64,000 nucleotides of DNA from Paracoccaceae bacterium (GTDB taxonomy: Bacteria; Pseudomonadota; Alphaproteobacteria; Rhodobacterales; Rhodobacteraceae): positions 936,546 to 1,000,545 of the forward strand of contig CBDEUJ010000005.1 of the NCBI GenBank assembly GCA_965243215.1. Direction: 5' to 3'. Under the pieces are notes generated by a model. That model did not search any database. It saw only the letters and a list, made by a program, of their open reading frames with translations, and was not told the origin of the DNA. The position numbers and the translations under genes were made by a program. Shown piece after piece: positions 53,394-63,746 of the stretch (position 1 is the first letter of the stretch; each line of letters starts with the position of its first letter).

Positions 53394-55118
53394 CTACAGA
53401 TCGGCGTAGACGTGCGCCTCGCTCTTGGCGCCGGGATGGGTCACGGCGCCAAGCCGTGTCGATCCGACGAGCTGCGCATACTTCCAGAGCGCGCCGCTGG
53501 TGTAGATCGTTTCCCGCGGCGTGTAGGTCCGGGCCTCAAGTTCCTCGTCGCTCAGATCAACGCTGAGTTCACCCTTGATCGCATCAATGGTGATCATGTC
53601 TCCATCCCGAAGCTTTCCGATCGCCCCCCCCCGCGCGCTCTCCGGGCCGACATGCCCGATGCAGAAACCTCGCGTCGCGCCAGAGAACCGGCCGTCCGTG
53701 ATCAGTGCCACCTTCTTGCCCACGCCCTGTCCTGACAGCGCGGCGGTCGTTGCCAGCATCTCGCGCATTCCAGGACCGCTTGCAGGACCTTCGTTGCGGA
53801 TGACGATGACCTCGCCTTCCTTGTAGGTGCGCGCCTTGACGGCCGCGAAGGCGTCCTCCTCGCACTCGAAAACCCGCGCCGGGCCGGTGAAGACCTGTTC
53901 CTCCTCGCTCATGCCGGCGACCTTCACGATTGCGCCTTCCGGGGCGAGATTGCCCTTCAGCCCCACGACGCCGCCCGTCTTCGTGATCGGATTCTCGACG
54001 GGATGGATCACGCGACCATCGGCTCCGCCATCGATCCTGTCGAGCGCCTCGCCAATGGCTTCGCCGGATGCAGTGATGCATTCTTCGTGGATCAGGCCCG
54101 CCTTTCGCAGTTCCTTCATCACGACCGGTACGCCGCCGACCTCATACAGGTCCTTGGCCACGAACTGACCACCCGGCTTCAAATCGACGAAATACGGCGT
54201 GTCGCGGAATATCTCGCAGACATCGTCGAGGTCGAAGTCGATTCCGGCCTCGTGGGCGATTGCCGGCAGATGCAGCCCTGCATTGGTGGATCCGCCGGTG
54301 CAGGCAACAATGCGAGCCGCGTTCTCGAGGCTCTTGCGGGTGACCACATCCCGGGCGCGAATGTTCCTTTCCAGGAGGTGCATCACGGCAAGACCGGATG
54401 CCGTGGCGAACGCGTCGCGGCTCTCGTAGGGCGCGGGCGCGCCCGAGGAGCTCAGGAGCGCAAGGCCGATCGCCTCAGATACGCAAGCCATCGTGTTGGC
54501 CGTGAACTGGCCGCCGCAGGCCCCGGCCGACGGACAGGCGACCCTTTCGAGGGCACGAAGCTCCTCGTCCGAGTTCTGGCCCGCCTGATGGCGGCCCACC
54601 GCCTCGAAGACATCCTGCACCGTCACGTCCCTGCCCTCGAAGCGGCCCGGCATGATCGATCCGCCATAGATGAAGACCGACGGCACGTTCAGCCGCACCA
54701 TCGCCATCATCATGCCGGGCAAGGACTTGTCGCAGCCAGCCAGGCCGACGAGGGCGTCGTAGCAGTGCCCGCGCATCGTGAGTTCAACCGTGTCCGCAAT
54801 GGCCTCGCGAGATGCAAGCGAGGAACGCATTCCCTCGTGGCCCATTGCGATCCCGTCGGTCACTGTAATGGTCGTGAACTCCCGCGGCGTGCCAAACCCT
54901 TCCTTGACGCCGAGCTTCACGGCTTGCGCCTGGCGATCAAGGGCGATGTTGCAGGGTGCCGCCTCGTTCCAGCAGGTCGCCACGCCCACGAAAGGCTGAG
55001 CGATCTCCTCTTCCGAGATTCCCATTGCATAGTAGTATGACCGATGCGGCGCTCGGGCCGGACCTTCGGTCACGTGACGGCTGGGCAGGCCGGACTTGTC
55101 GAATCTCTTCTTCAGCAT
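53394..55118 (-). CDS. ilvD: dihydroxy-acid dehydratase (IlvD/Edd family)
   Basis: [28 protein letters not shown], and overall IlvD length and organisation. Confidence 0.9.
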   Translation of the reverse strand: MLKKRFDKSGLPSRHVTEGPARAPHRSYYYAMGISEEEIAQPFVGVATCWNEAAPCNIALDRQAQAVKLGVKEGFGTPREFTTITVTDGIAMGHEGMRSSLASREAIADTVELTMRGHCYDALVGLAGCDKSLPGMMMAMVRLNVPSVFIYGGSIMPGRFEGRDVTVQDVFEAVGRHQAGQNSDEELRALERVACPSAGACGGQFTANTMACVSEAIGLALLSSSGAPAPYESRDAFATASGLAVMHLLERNIRARDVVTRKSLENAARIVACTGGSTNAGLHLPAIAHEAGIDFDLDDVCEIFRDTPYFVDLKPGGQFVAKDLYEVGGVPVVMKELRKAGLIHEECITASGEAIGEALDRIDGGADGRVIHPVENPITKTGGVVGLKGNLAPEGAIVKVAGMSEEEQVFTGPARVFECEEDAFAAVKARTYKEGEVIVIRNEGPASGPGMREMLATTAALSGQGVGKKVALITDGRFSGATRGFCIGHVGPESARGGAIGKLRDGDMITIDAIKGELSVDLSDEELEARTYTPRETIYTSGALWKYAQLVGSTRLGAVTHPGAKSEAHVYADL

Positions 55119-55250
55119 GGCGGGCTCCCGGGATTTCAGCGGCTAGAGGCATAGACGTCGCCACGCGGATCGACAAGCGAAGAAGCGATGACCGCATGAT
55201 TGCAATTCCTGTCCTTCCTGCTTAACTGTGAGCGAAAATCGGGCAGGCTC

Positions 55251-56168
55251 ATGAACTGGATATCGAACTACGTCCGACCCAAGATCAACTCGCTGTTTTC
55301 CAGGCGGGAGACACCCGAGAATCTCTGGTCGAAATGCCCGGAATGCGGAACGATGCTGTTTCACCGGGAGTTGACCGAGAACCTGGGCGTCTGCACAAGC
55401 TGCGATCATCACATGGCGATCTCTGCACGCGACCGGCTGACCGCGCTCTTCGATGACGGCGTGTTCACCGAAGTGGACGTGCCGCTGCCCAAGCCCGACC
55501 CGTTGTCGTTCCGTGACCAGAAAAGGTACCCGGATCGTCTCAAGGCCGCTCAGCGCGAGACCGAGGAAAGGGAGGCCATGCTCGTTGCTGAAGGGATGAT
55601 CGAGCGAACGCCCATTGTGGCAGCCTGCCAGGACTTCAGCTTCATGGGTGGCTCGATGGGCATGTATGTAGGCAACGCCGTCATCGCTGCGGCGAGTCGT
55701 GCCGTTGAACTGAAGCGTCCCCTGATCCTCTTTTCGGCCGCCGGCGGCGCCCGCATGCAGGAAGGGATCCTGTCCCTCATGCAGATGCCGCGCACCACGG
55801 TTGCGGTCGAACTGGTTCGCGATGCCGGCCTCCCCTACATCGTCGTTCTCACGAACCCGACGACAGGCGGCGTCACGGCGTCATACGCCATGCTTGGCGA
55901 CGTTCACATTGCGGAACCCAATGCGCTCATCTGCTTCGCTGGTCCGAGGGTCATTGAGCAGACGATTCGCGAAACGCTTCCCGAAGGCTTTCAGCGCGCC
56001 GAGTATCTCCTGGACCACGGCATGCTTGACCGCGTGACTCATCGCCGTGAAATGAAGGGCGAGCTTTCACGCATCACGCGCATGCTCCTCAACATGCCCC
56101 CTCCCGTGAAGGGCGACCTTCCCCCTCCGAACGACGCCAGGTCGGAGCCTGCGACGGCGTCCGGATAG
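55251..56168 (+). CDS. accD: acetyl-CoA carboxylase carboxyltransferase subunit beta
   Basis: Trimmed to [12 protein letters not shown]. The Zn ribbon is CPECG....H..L......C..C.HH, followed by GGSMG and SGGARMQEG. Confidence 0.9.
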   Translation: MNWISNYVRPKINSLFSRRETPENLWSKCPECGTMLFHRELTENLGVCTSCDHHMAISARDRLTALFDDGVFTEVDVPLPKPDPLSFRDQKRYPDRLKAAQRETEEREAMLVAEGMIERTPIVAACQDFSFMGGSMGMYVGNAVIAAASRAVELKRPLILFSAAGGARMQEGILSLMQMPRTTVAVELVRDAGLPYIVVLTNPTTGGVTASYAMLGDVHIAEPNALICFAGPRVIEQTIRETLPEGFQRAEYLLDHGMLDRVTHRREMKGELSRITRMLLNMPPPVKGDLPPPNDARSEPATASG

Positions 56169-56172
56169 CCGA

Positions 56173-57486
56173 ATGCGCGCAATGCCGGACCTTGGCGACG
56201 AAACCGCCTTGATGCGATTCACGTCCACTGACGCAGTGCTCGAAAGGATGCAGCGCCTGCATCCAAAGGTCATCGACCTGACCCTGGACCGAATGGGCCG
56301 CTGCCTGTCGTCGGTCGGAAACCCGCATGTCAGGTTGCCTCCGGTGATCCACGTCGCCGGCACCAACGGCAAGGGTTCGACCCAGGCAATGATCCGCGCC
56401 GGGATCGAAGCCGAAGGCTTGACGGTCCACGCCTACACATCGCCGCATCTAGCCCGATTCCATGAGCGAATCCGCGTGGCGGGAAAGATCATTTCGGAGC
56501 CAGGCCTGCTGGAACTGCTCGAAAGGGTCTACGTGGCCAACGGTGGCGAAACGATCACGTATTTCGAGATCACGACCGTGGCGGCCTTTCTGGCATTTGC
56601 GGAAACCCCCGCTGACTGGACATTGCTGGAAGTCGGCCTTGGCGGGCGTCACGACGCCACCAACGTGGTGGACAATCCCGTTCTGACCATCGTCACGAAA
56701 GTCGATCTCGACCATCAGCAGTTTCTGGGCGAGACGATCACGGAAATTGCTGGACAGAAGGCCGGCATCATCAAGCGTGGCATGCCGGTGATCATAGGGC
56801 CTCAGCACGAAGACGGGCTGGAAGTCATCGAGGCCGAGGCTGCACGCCTCGACGCTCCGACAATTTCCTTTGGACAGCATTGGCACGTTCGGGAAGAGCA
56901 TGGCCGAATGGTGTTCGAGGATGAATCCGGCCTCCTCGACCTGCCGGTGCCAAATCTTCGAGGACCGCATCAGTTGGCCAACGCGGGCATGGCCATCGCA
57001 GCACTCAGGCACTTGGGCCTGGGTGAAGTCGCGGCCCAAGGCGCCGTTACCAACGCATACTGGCCGGCCAGAATGCAGCGGCTGAAGACAGGCCCGCTGG
57101 TCGAGGCTGCGCCAACGGCAGAACTCTGGCTTGACGGCGGTCACAATCCGGCCGCCGGCGAGGCACTGGCGGAAACGCTCAAGACCCTGCCGGAACGGCC
57201 GACACGCCTTATCTGCGGGATGCTCGCGACCAAGGACGTCGCGGGTTACCTCCTGCCGCTGGCAAGCGTGGCGGAGAGTCTCCACGCCGTCGCGATACCG
57301 GGCGAGGCCGCAACGCTTCCAGCAGAGGATACCGCCGAGGCATCCACTTCCGTGGGCCTGCCGACTGCGATCGCCCGGTCAGTTCAGGATGCACTGGCCG
57401 AGATCGTCAAGTCCGATCCGGCAGCTCGCGTGCTCATCTGTGGCTCGCTCTATCTTGCGGGAGCAGTCTTGAGAGAGAACGGATGA
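56173..57486 (+). CDS. folC: bifunctional folylpolyglutamate synthase / dihydrofolate synthase
   Basis: IHVAGTNGKGST P-loop, EVGLGGRHDATNV, and a Mur-ligase fold; it lies directly after accD as in many proteobacteria. Confidence 0.85.
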   Translation: MRAMPDLGDETALMRFTSTDAVLERMQRLHPKVIDLTLDRMGRCLSSVGNPHVRLPPVIHVAGTNGKGSTQAMIRAGIEAEGLTVHAYTSPHLARFHERIRVAGKIISEPGLLELLERVYVANGGETITYFEITTVAAFLAFAETPADWTLLEVGLGGRHDATNVVDNPVLTIVTKVDLDHQQFLGETITEIAGQKAGIIKRGMPVIIGPQHEDGLEVIEAEAARLDAPTISFGQHWHVREEHGRMVFEDESGLLDLPVPNLRGPHQLANAGMAIAALRHLGLGEVAAQGAVTNAYWPARMQRLKTGPLVEAAPTAELWLDGGHNPAAGEALAETLKTLPERPTRLICGMLATKDVAGYLLPLASVAESLHAVAIPGEAATLPAEDTAEASTSVGLPTAIARSVQDALAEIVKSDPAARVLICGSLYLAGAVLRENG

Positions 57487-57632
57487 GCCGCGCCATCGCC
57501 AAGCCAACCCCGCGGTCCAGAACAGTCGGATCAACGCAAGTGACGTCAGCGGAATGGCGGTGCCCGCGAAATGATCATGTCGTTTGTCGCCGACGCGTGC
57601 TGGAGTTGCCGAAGTCCTGCTGAGAGGTCGTG

Positions 57633-58373
57633 ATGAAACTGAACGGAAAGACGGCACTGGTCACCGGCGCGTCGTCCGGCCTTGGGGCCCATTTCACGCG
57701 GGTTCTGGCCAAGCAAGGGGCCGAGGTCACTGCGGCGGCAAGACGTGAGGACCGGCTGCAGAGCCTTTGCGCGGAGATCGAATGCGACGGCGGAAGGGCG
57801 CAGGCAGCGGCTCTGGACGTGACTGATCCCGCCAGTGTGGCCGCGGTCTTCGAGGGCCGCACTTTCGACATCGTGGTCAACAATGCCGGTGTCACCATCG
57901 ACGGCCCGGCGTTGAAGACCTCAGAGGACGACTGGGCGCGCGTCATCGACACAGATCTCACCGGCGTGTTCCGCGTAGCCAAGGCCGGAGGGCAACGACT
58001 GGTGAAGGCCGGCAAGGGCGGCAGCATAGTCAATGTCGCATCGATCCTCGGGCTCCGCGTTGCCGGAAACCTGTCGGCCTACGCCACGGCCAAGTCCGGT
58101 GTTGTGCAGATGTCAAAATGCCTCGCGCTGGAATGGGCACGCTACGGCATTCGCGTCAATGCGCTTTGCCCGGGCTATATCAAGACCGATCTGAACCGCG
58201 AATTCTTCGCTTCCGACGCAGGCAAGGCGCTGATCAAACGCGTGCCGCAGCGGCGCCTTGGCAGCATGCCCGATCTCGACGGCCCGCTCCTGCTGCTGGC
58301 CTCAGACGACAGCGCCTTCATGACCGGCACCGAAATCGTGGTCGATGGCGGCCACCTCGTCTCTTCGCTCTGA
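57633..58373 (+). CDS. SDR family oxidoreductase
   Basis: TALVTGASSGLG (TGxxxGxG), NNAG, and YATAKSG (YxxxK). Confidence 0.85.
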   Translation: MKLNGKTALVTGASSGLGAHFTRVLAKQGAEVTAAARREDRLQSLCAEIECDGGRAQAAALDVTDPASVAAVFEGRTFDIVVNNAGVTIDGPALKTSEDDWARVIDTDLTGVFRVAKAGGQRLVKAGKGGSIVNVASILGLRVAGNLSAYATAKSGVVQMSKCLALEWARYGIRVNALCPGYIKTDLNREFFASDAGKALIKRVPQRRLGSMPDLDGPLLLLASDDSAFMTGTEIVVDGGHLVSSL

Positions 58374-58384
58374 AAGAAGAAACC

Positions 58385-59593
58385 ATGGACTTCACCATTT
58401 CCGACCGCATCGAGGACTTCCGCGCCCGTATCGAACGCTTCGTCGAAGATGAGATCATGCCGCTGGAAGACGATCGCGCGAATTACGATGCGCACGAGAA
58501 CATCCGCCTCGATGTACTGGAGCACCTCCGTGAGAAGGCAAAGGCCGAGGGGCTGTGGTGCCTCCAGTTGAAGAAGGAATCCGGCGGGCAGGACCTTGGC
58601 AAGGTTGGCATGGCTGTCTGCTATGAAGAGATGAACCGCTCGATCTTCGGACCGTGCGTGTTCAACTCGGCGGCTCCAGACGACGGCAACATGATGGTGC
58701 TGGAAAAGGTCGCGACTGATGCGCAGAAAGAACGCTGGTTGCAGCCAATCGTGCAGGGAAAGGCCCGTTCCGCATTCGCGATGACAGAACCGCATCCCGG
58801 CTCTGGCTCCGACCCAGGCGGCATGATGATCACGACCGCGGAGAGGGCCAGCGACGGCTACGTCATCCGTGGCCGCAAGTGGTTCATAACCGGTGCCGAA
58901 GCGTCCGAGCATTTCATCCTCATCGCGCGCACCTCGAACGACCCGCGCAAGGGCCTCTCGGCCTTCCTGCATCACAAGGACACGCCCGGTTTCCGCATCG
59001 ACCGCCGCATCCCGGTCATGGGTCCCGAGGAGCATGGAGGCCATTGCGAGGTCATCTACGAGGGCATGGAGATTCCTGCCGAGAACCTGTTGATGGAAGA
59101 GGGCGACGGGCTGAAACTTGCCCAGATCCGCCTTGGCCCGGCGCGGCTGACCCATTGCATGCGCTGGCTGGGCCTCTCGAAACGTTGCGTCGAGATCGCC
59201 AACAGCTATGCCCGCCAACGATTTGCCTTTGGCGAGCGACTCTCGAATCGGGAGAGCATCCAAATGATGCTGGGCGATCTGGCCATGCAAATCGAGGTCG
59301 GGCGACTGCTGGTGATGAAAGCGGCGTGGGAGCTGGCCCAAGGCAGCTTCGCCCGGAAGGAGGTGTCGATGGCCAAAGTCCATGTCGCGAACCTGCTGCA
59401 CCAAGCCGCCGACACCGCGATCCAGATCAACGGCGCCCGCGGCTACTCCAAGGACACGGTGCTTGAATGGATCTACCGCTATGCCCGGCAGGCACGGCTG
59501 GTCGACGGGGCCGACGAGGTGCACAGGATGGTGCTGCACCGCAATGTCGAGAAGGAAGGCCGCGGGTTCTGGAAGTGGGGCGCAGATGGATGA
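58385..59593 (+). CDS. acyl-CoA dehydrogenase family protein
   Basis: Track ORF trimmed to the ATG at 58385 (MDFTISDRIEDFRARI). AFAMTEP..GSD and QINGARGYS...LEW.YR.AR...I..G..EV are present. Confidence 0.85.
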   Translation: MDFTISDRIEDFRARIERFVEDEIMPLEDDRANYDAHENIRLDVLEHLREKAKAEGLWCLQLKKESGGQDLGKVGMAVCYEEMNRSIFGPCVFNSAAPDDGNMMVLEKVATDAQKERWLQPIVQGKARSAFAMTEPHPGSGSDPGGMMITTAERASDGYVIRGRKWFITGAEASEHFILIARTSNDPRKGLSAFLHHKDTPGFRIDRRIPVMGPEEHGGHCEVIYEGMEIPAENLLMEEGDGLKLAQIRLGPARLTHCMRWLGLSKRCVEIANSYARQRFAFGERLSNRESIQMMLGDLAMQIEVGRLLVMKAAWELAQGSFARKEVSMAKVHVANLLHQAADTAIQINGARGYSKDTVLEWIYRYARQARLVDGADEVHRMVLHRNVEKEGRGFWKWGADG

Positions 59594-60609
59594 CCGCCAA
59601 GGCTGACTTCGATTCGGTCCGGCTCGAAGGATTTCTCGCGAAGCACTTCGGCGAGGCGGACCGTTTGGAGCTTCGGCGGATCGTCGGCGGCCAGTCCAAC
59701 CCGACCTATTTCGTGACCTACGGGCCGCACCGCATGGTCCTGCGCAAGCAGCCCGATGGCCCGATCCTGCGCGGCGCTCACGCCGTCGACCGCGAGTTCC
59801 GGGTCATGTCAGCGCTGCACCCTGCCGGAGTTCCCGTGCCTCGCCCCATACTCTACCACGACGGCCCGGAGCTACTCGGCACGCCCTTCTACCTTATGGA
59901 ACGCGTCGAGGGCCGCGTCTTCCTCGACGGCGCACTTGCAGACGCGGACCACACCGAGCGCCGAGCGCTCTGGATGGGACTGGCGGACGCAATGGCGGCG
60001 ATGCATGCGGTCCGTCCTGAAGAGGTCGGGCTCGCAGATTACGGAAAGCCTGGCAATTACTTCGAGCGCCAGATCGCGCGTTGGTCACGGCAATGGCAGG
60101 AAAGTCAGAGCGACCCGATCCCCGAACTTGACCGGCTTGCCGCCTGGTTGACCGCGAACCAACCGGCGGACGACGCCCGGATCAGCCTTGCGCATGGCGA
60201 CTATCGCATGGGCAACGTGATCTTCCACCCGACCGAGCCACGCGTGGCCGCAATCCTTGACTGGGAGCTCTCGACCTTGGGCCATCCGCTGGCCGATCTC
60301 GGGTTCTGCTGCATGGCATGGCACACGTCGCCCGAGGAATACGGTGGGCTCATTGGCCTGAACCTGGCGGCTCTGGGCCTGCCGACAGAAACGGAATTCA
60401 TCAATCGCTACATGGCCGGCAACCCCGACATTGAGCCGTTGACGACTTTTCACAAGGCCTTCGCGCTTTTCCGGTTTTCGGTGATTTGGGTGGGCATTGC
60501 CGACCGGGTCCGCGTCGGCAGTGCAGCCGCCGCTGATGCCTGGAAACATGGGGATATGGCCAAGCGCCTCGCCATTCGCGGCATCGACGTAATCGACGGC
60601 GCATACTAG
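59590..60609 (+). CDS. phosphotransferase (APH/ChoK-like kinase) family protein, ACAD-associated
   Basis: Trimmed to the ATG at 59590 (ATGA overlap with the ACAD stop). GGQSNPTY is present, and LAHGDYRMGNVIF / ILDWELS are the Brenner and DxD motifs. Confidence 0.8.
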   Translation: MTAKADFDSVRLEGFLAKHFGEADRLELRRIVGGQSNPTYFVTYGPHRMVLRKQPDGPILRGAHAVDREFRVMSALHPAGVPVPRPILYHDGPELLGTPFYLMERVEGRVFLDGALADADHTERRALWMGLADAMAAMHAVRPEEVGLADYGKPGNYFERQIARWSRQWQESQSDPIPELDRLAAWLTANQPADDARISLAHGDYRMGNVIFHPTEPRVAAILDWELSTLGHPLADLGFCCMAWHTSPEEYGGLIGLNLAALGLPTETEFINRYMAGNPDIEPLTTFHKAFALFRFSVIWVGIADRVRVGSAAAADAWKHGDMAKRLAIRGIDVIDGAY

Positions 60610-60649
60610 AGGCCCTTGAAAATCGGGTTGCCGTTCGGGCCCGGATCGG

Positions 60650-60798
60650 GACGAGAGATGCAAGGGCGGTGGCATCGGATTGAGAGCCTGTTCTCGAAAA
60701 CAAATGGGTTCCGGGCGGTGGCGACGTGCGGCGACAAGACGGGCGAGAGCTTCGCGGCGGCGGTTCATCTCGTTGCCGGCTTGGTCGCGACAACCTGA
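60650..60798 (+). pseudogene. C-terminal relic of an IS5-family transposase
   Basis: RWHRIESLFSKTNGFRAVATCGDKTGESFAAAVHLVAGLV resembles R..IE..F.K.K.FRRIATRYDK....F.A...LAA of IS5/IS427 transposase C-termini. There is no upstream DDE region. Confidence 0.4.
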
Positions 60799-61011
60799 TC
60801 GTCAACGGGATCCAGCTCAGCCGTTCGGAACCCGAGGTCCGGCCATAGATTGAACCAAGGCGCCGCTTTGCCTCCTCTTGATGGGGAAGCAAGGGCCCCT
60901 ATCCATGCTGCAATCTTCGATCCGACAACTAGCGTCGCGAATGCTGTGCGGAAATTCGGCTTCAGCGCCTATCTGGTTGCACCAAAGCTGTGCACCAAAG
61001 GCTGGTTCGAC

Positions 61012-62196
61012 CTAAATTCCGACGTCAATGATGGCCTGCGCCAACATCGGCACCGTGTCGGAATTCAATCCGGCCACGTTTATGCGGCTGTCTCCCACCA
61101 TGTAGACTCCATGCGTATCACGAAGCTCCAGAACCTGCTCGGGAGTTGCGCCAATGCGCGAGAACATCCCCCGATGCCGCGTAATGAAATCGAACCGCCC
61201 CGAATTCGACCGCATGCGAAGCTCACTGGCCAAATGCTCGCGAAGCCCCAGCATTCCGTTGCGCACGTCCTCAAGCTCAGCCTGCCAGTCGGCACGCAGA
61301 TCGGATTCGTCGAGGACCATCTGAACCACTCGCGCCCCGTGATCCGGCGGGAAGGAGAAGTTCTGCCGGTTCAGGAATGCCAGTGTATCCTGAACCCGCG
61401 GCTTCGAACCCGCATCGGGAGCGATCGCGACCAGGACGCCCGTTCGCTCTCGGTACACTCCGAAATTCTTCGAGCAACTCGCCGCGATCAGCATCTCGGG
61501 CATCCGCGATGCCAGCAGGCGCGTGCCGAACGCGTCCTCGTCCAGCCCGTCGCCGAATCCCTGATACGCAATGTCGATGAACGGAATGGCTCCCGTCTTG
61601 GCCAAGAGTCCGGTCAGGGTCTCCCATTGATCGGCTGTCAGATTTGCCCCGGTCGGATTGTGGCAGCAGCCGTGCAACAGCACGAGGTCGCCATTCCCGG
61701 CGCCCTTCAGGTCCTCGATCATCCCCGCAAAGTCGACATCGCGCGTGGCATTGTCGAAATAGCGATACTCGCGCATCGGGACGCCCAGGTATTTCGCGAT
61801 CGTCAGGTGGTTGGGCCATGTCGGCGAGGAGAACCATGCCGTCGCGGTGCGATCCGCATACCGCATCAGTTCGATCCCCTGCCGGATCGCGCCCGTGCCA
61901 CCGGGCGCCGCCGCAATGGCAACTCGGTCCGCGTCAACGCTGTCCTTCAAGAGAAGATCGCGCATTGCGCAGCAAAAGGCGGGATCGCCGCTGAGACTCG
62001 TGTACGACTTGGTTTCCTGCGTCTCGATCAAACGGCGCTCCGCCGCCTTAACGGCCCGCATGACCGGGGTCACGCCTGCCGCATTCTTGTAAACGCCGAC
62101 ACCCAGATCGATCTTGTCGGGCCGCGGGTCGTCGGCGAACATCTGCATGAGCCTGAGAATCTTGTCGGGCGGCTGCGGAGTCAGATCGGTCAGCAT
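61012..62196 (-). CDS. aromatic/aspartate aminotransferase (class I, TyrB/AspC-like)
   Basis: DKI.LGVGVYK...G..PV..AV..AE, the SCSKNFG.YRERTG PLP-lysine context, and GVYM..DSRINVAGL. Confidence 0.85.
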   Translation of the reverse strand: MLTDLTPQPPDKILRLMQMFADDPRPDKIDLGVGVYKNAAGVTPVMRAVKAAERRLIETQETKSYTSLSGDPAFCCAMRDLLLKDSVDADRVAIAAAPGGTGAIRQGIELMRYADRTATAWFSSPTWPNHLTIAKYLGVPMREYRYFDNATRDVDFAGMIEDLKGAGNGDLVLLHGCCHNPTGANLTADQWETLTGLLAKTGAIPFIDIAYQGFGDGLDEDAFGTRLLASRMPEMLIAASCSKNFGVYRERTGVLVAIAPDAGSKPRVQDTLAFLNRQNFSFPPDHGARVVQMVLDESDLRADWQAELEDVRNGMLGLREHLASELRMRSNSGRFDFITRHRGMFSRIGATPEQVLELRDTHGVYMVGDSRINVAGLNSDTVPMLAQAIIDVGI

Positions 62197-62205
62197 GGCA
62201 TGTCC

Positions 62206-62775
62206 TCAGCTTGGAATCCGCGAGAGATCCCGGTCACGGGTCAGGCGACGGCTGCGCGTTTCCCGGCGTACCGGCGCGAATCCGTGCTTCTGATATAGGG
62301 CAAGTGCGCGGGGATGGTCGAGCGTGCAGGTCTGCACCGTGAGCTTCGCGACGCCTTCGCGCTCCCAGGCCGTGAGAACGGCCGTCCGGAGAAGCCAGGT
62401 CCCCAGGCCCTTTCCCACGGCTTCCGGCACGATTCCGAAATAAGCCAGATCGCAAACGCCCTTCCCCTTCTCCTCGAGCAGGAAGAATCCTTGGGGCCAG
62501 CCGTTCTCGAGCAGGGTGTAGAGTGACATCCTGTCCGCGGAAAGCCACTCGGCGATCCGTTCGTGTTCCCAAGCGTGGATGTCCTCCCACGCATAGTCCC
62601 GTCCGACTGCATCATAGAGCGTCAGAAACCACCAGACGGGCGGATCCTCCGACTTCAGAAGCGCGGCTGATGAAGACGTTGGCGGCAGACGCGGCCAGTC
62701 ATGGTCCGGCCGAGTCTCCATCTCGAGATAGGTAACCGTATAGACAATCCTGGTACCGGCCTTCTGGACGCTCAT
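62206..62775 (-). CDS. GNAT family N-acetyltransferase
   Basis: Trimmed to MSVQKAGTRIV (ATGA overlap with the sseA stop). FGI.PE..GKGLG..LL matches the acetyl-CoA motif A. Confidence 0.7.
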   Translation of the reverse strand: MSVQKAGTRIVYTVTYLEMETRPDHDWPRLPPTSSSAALLKSEDPPVWWFLTLYDAVGRDYAWEDIHAWEHERIAEWLSADRMSLYTLLENGWPQGFFLLEEKGKGVCDLAYFGIVPEAVGKGLGTWLLRTAVLTAWEREGVAKLTVQTCTLDHPRALALYQKHGFAPVRRETRSRRLTRDRDLSRIPS

Positions 62776-63617
62776 CCCGTGGCCACCTTCAGGTCGCCGT
62801 ACATGCCCCATTCGGCCCAGGAGCCATCGTAGAGCGCATGATGCCTGTGTCCGATCCGCTCAAGCGCGAGATTCAGGATTGCGGCCGTCACGCCGGATCC
62901 GCAGGTGGTGATGACGGGCCTGGACAGGTCCGCACCTGCGCCCTCGAACACGGCTCTCAGCTCCGATTCGGGCTTCATCGTTCCGTCGTCGAGCAGGGCC
63001 CGGTAATGAACGCAGGTCGAGCCGGGAATGTGTCCGGAACGCAGACCTTCGCGCGGCTCAGGCTCTTCGCCCCGGAACCGTCCAGGCGAGCGGGCATCTA
63101 GAATCTCGTGATCTTCCAGCTTGGATGCCGCAGCGACCTGGGTGACGTCCTTCACGAGCTGGTTCTGGCGGCTGACCGTGATATGCCTGTCACGCATGAC
63201 CGGCCGCGCATCCTCGACTTGCCGGCCTTCCGCCTTCCACTTGGGAAACCCGCCGTCCAGGACGGCGATGTCCGACTTGCCCATGAGACGGAACAGCCAC
63301 CACACGCGCGCCGCCGAAAACAGCCCCGCGCCGTCATAGACAACGACCTGGTGCCCGTCGCCGACACCCATCGCGCGCATCCTGCTGACGAACTTCTCCG
63401 TCGGCGGAGCCATGTGCGGCAACCCCGACCGGTGATCGCTGACTTCGTCGATGTCAAAGAAGCGCGCGCCCGGAACATGGCCTTGATCGTATTCGGCACG
63501 TGCATCGCGCTTCGTGTCGGGCAGATACCATGAAGCATCAAGAATCCTGATGTCTGGATCATCAAGATGCAGGGCCAGCCAGCCCGTCGAGACAAGGGTT
63601 CTGGGGTCGTCATTCAT
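62772..63617 (-). CDS. sseA: 3-mercaptopyruvate sulfurtransferase (tandem rhodanese)
   Basis: LVST.WL...L.D......DASW......R....Y...H.PGA.FFDID and the active-site CGSGVTA. Confidence 0.85.
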   Translation of the reverse strand: MNDDPRTLVSTGWLALHLDDPDIRILDASWYLPDTKRDARAEYDQGHVPGARFFDIDEVSDHRSGLPHMAPPTEKFVSRMRAMGVGDGHQVVVYDGAGLFSAARVWWLFRLMGKSDIAVLDGGFPKWKAEGRQVEDARPVMRDRHITVSRQNQLVKDVTQVAAASKLEDHEILDARSPGRFRGEEPEPREGLRSGHIPGSTCVHYRALLDDGTMKPESELRAVFEGAGADLSRPVITTCGSGVTAAILNLALERIGHRHHALYDGSWAEWGMYGDLKVATG

Positions 63618-63746
63618 TGCTTGGCACACTCTCGATGCTCGCCCGTGCTAAGCCCTCACGTCCTTCAAGGCAAGCACGGACGAGATTGAGACGCGCGCAT
63701 TGCATCGCTATGGTGCGCGGAAACGGGCAGCAAGGGCGGCGGGAAC

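Noticed and set aside
58175-59539. 454-aa minus-strand ORF; also 48802..49908 -, 17348..18472 -, 41628..42548 +, 54003..55040 +, 60850..62298 + and 15340..16458 +
   Set aside because: All are antisense to genes with strong family motifs (ACAD, PBP, the fusion enzyme, Gfo/Idh/MocA, IlvD, the aminotransferase, AKR). They are shadow ORFs.
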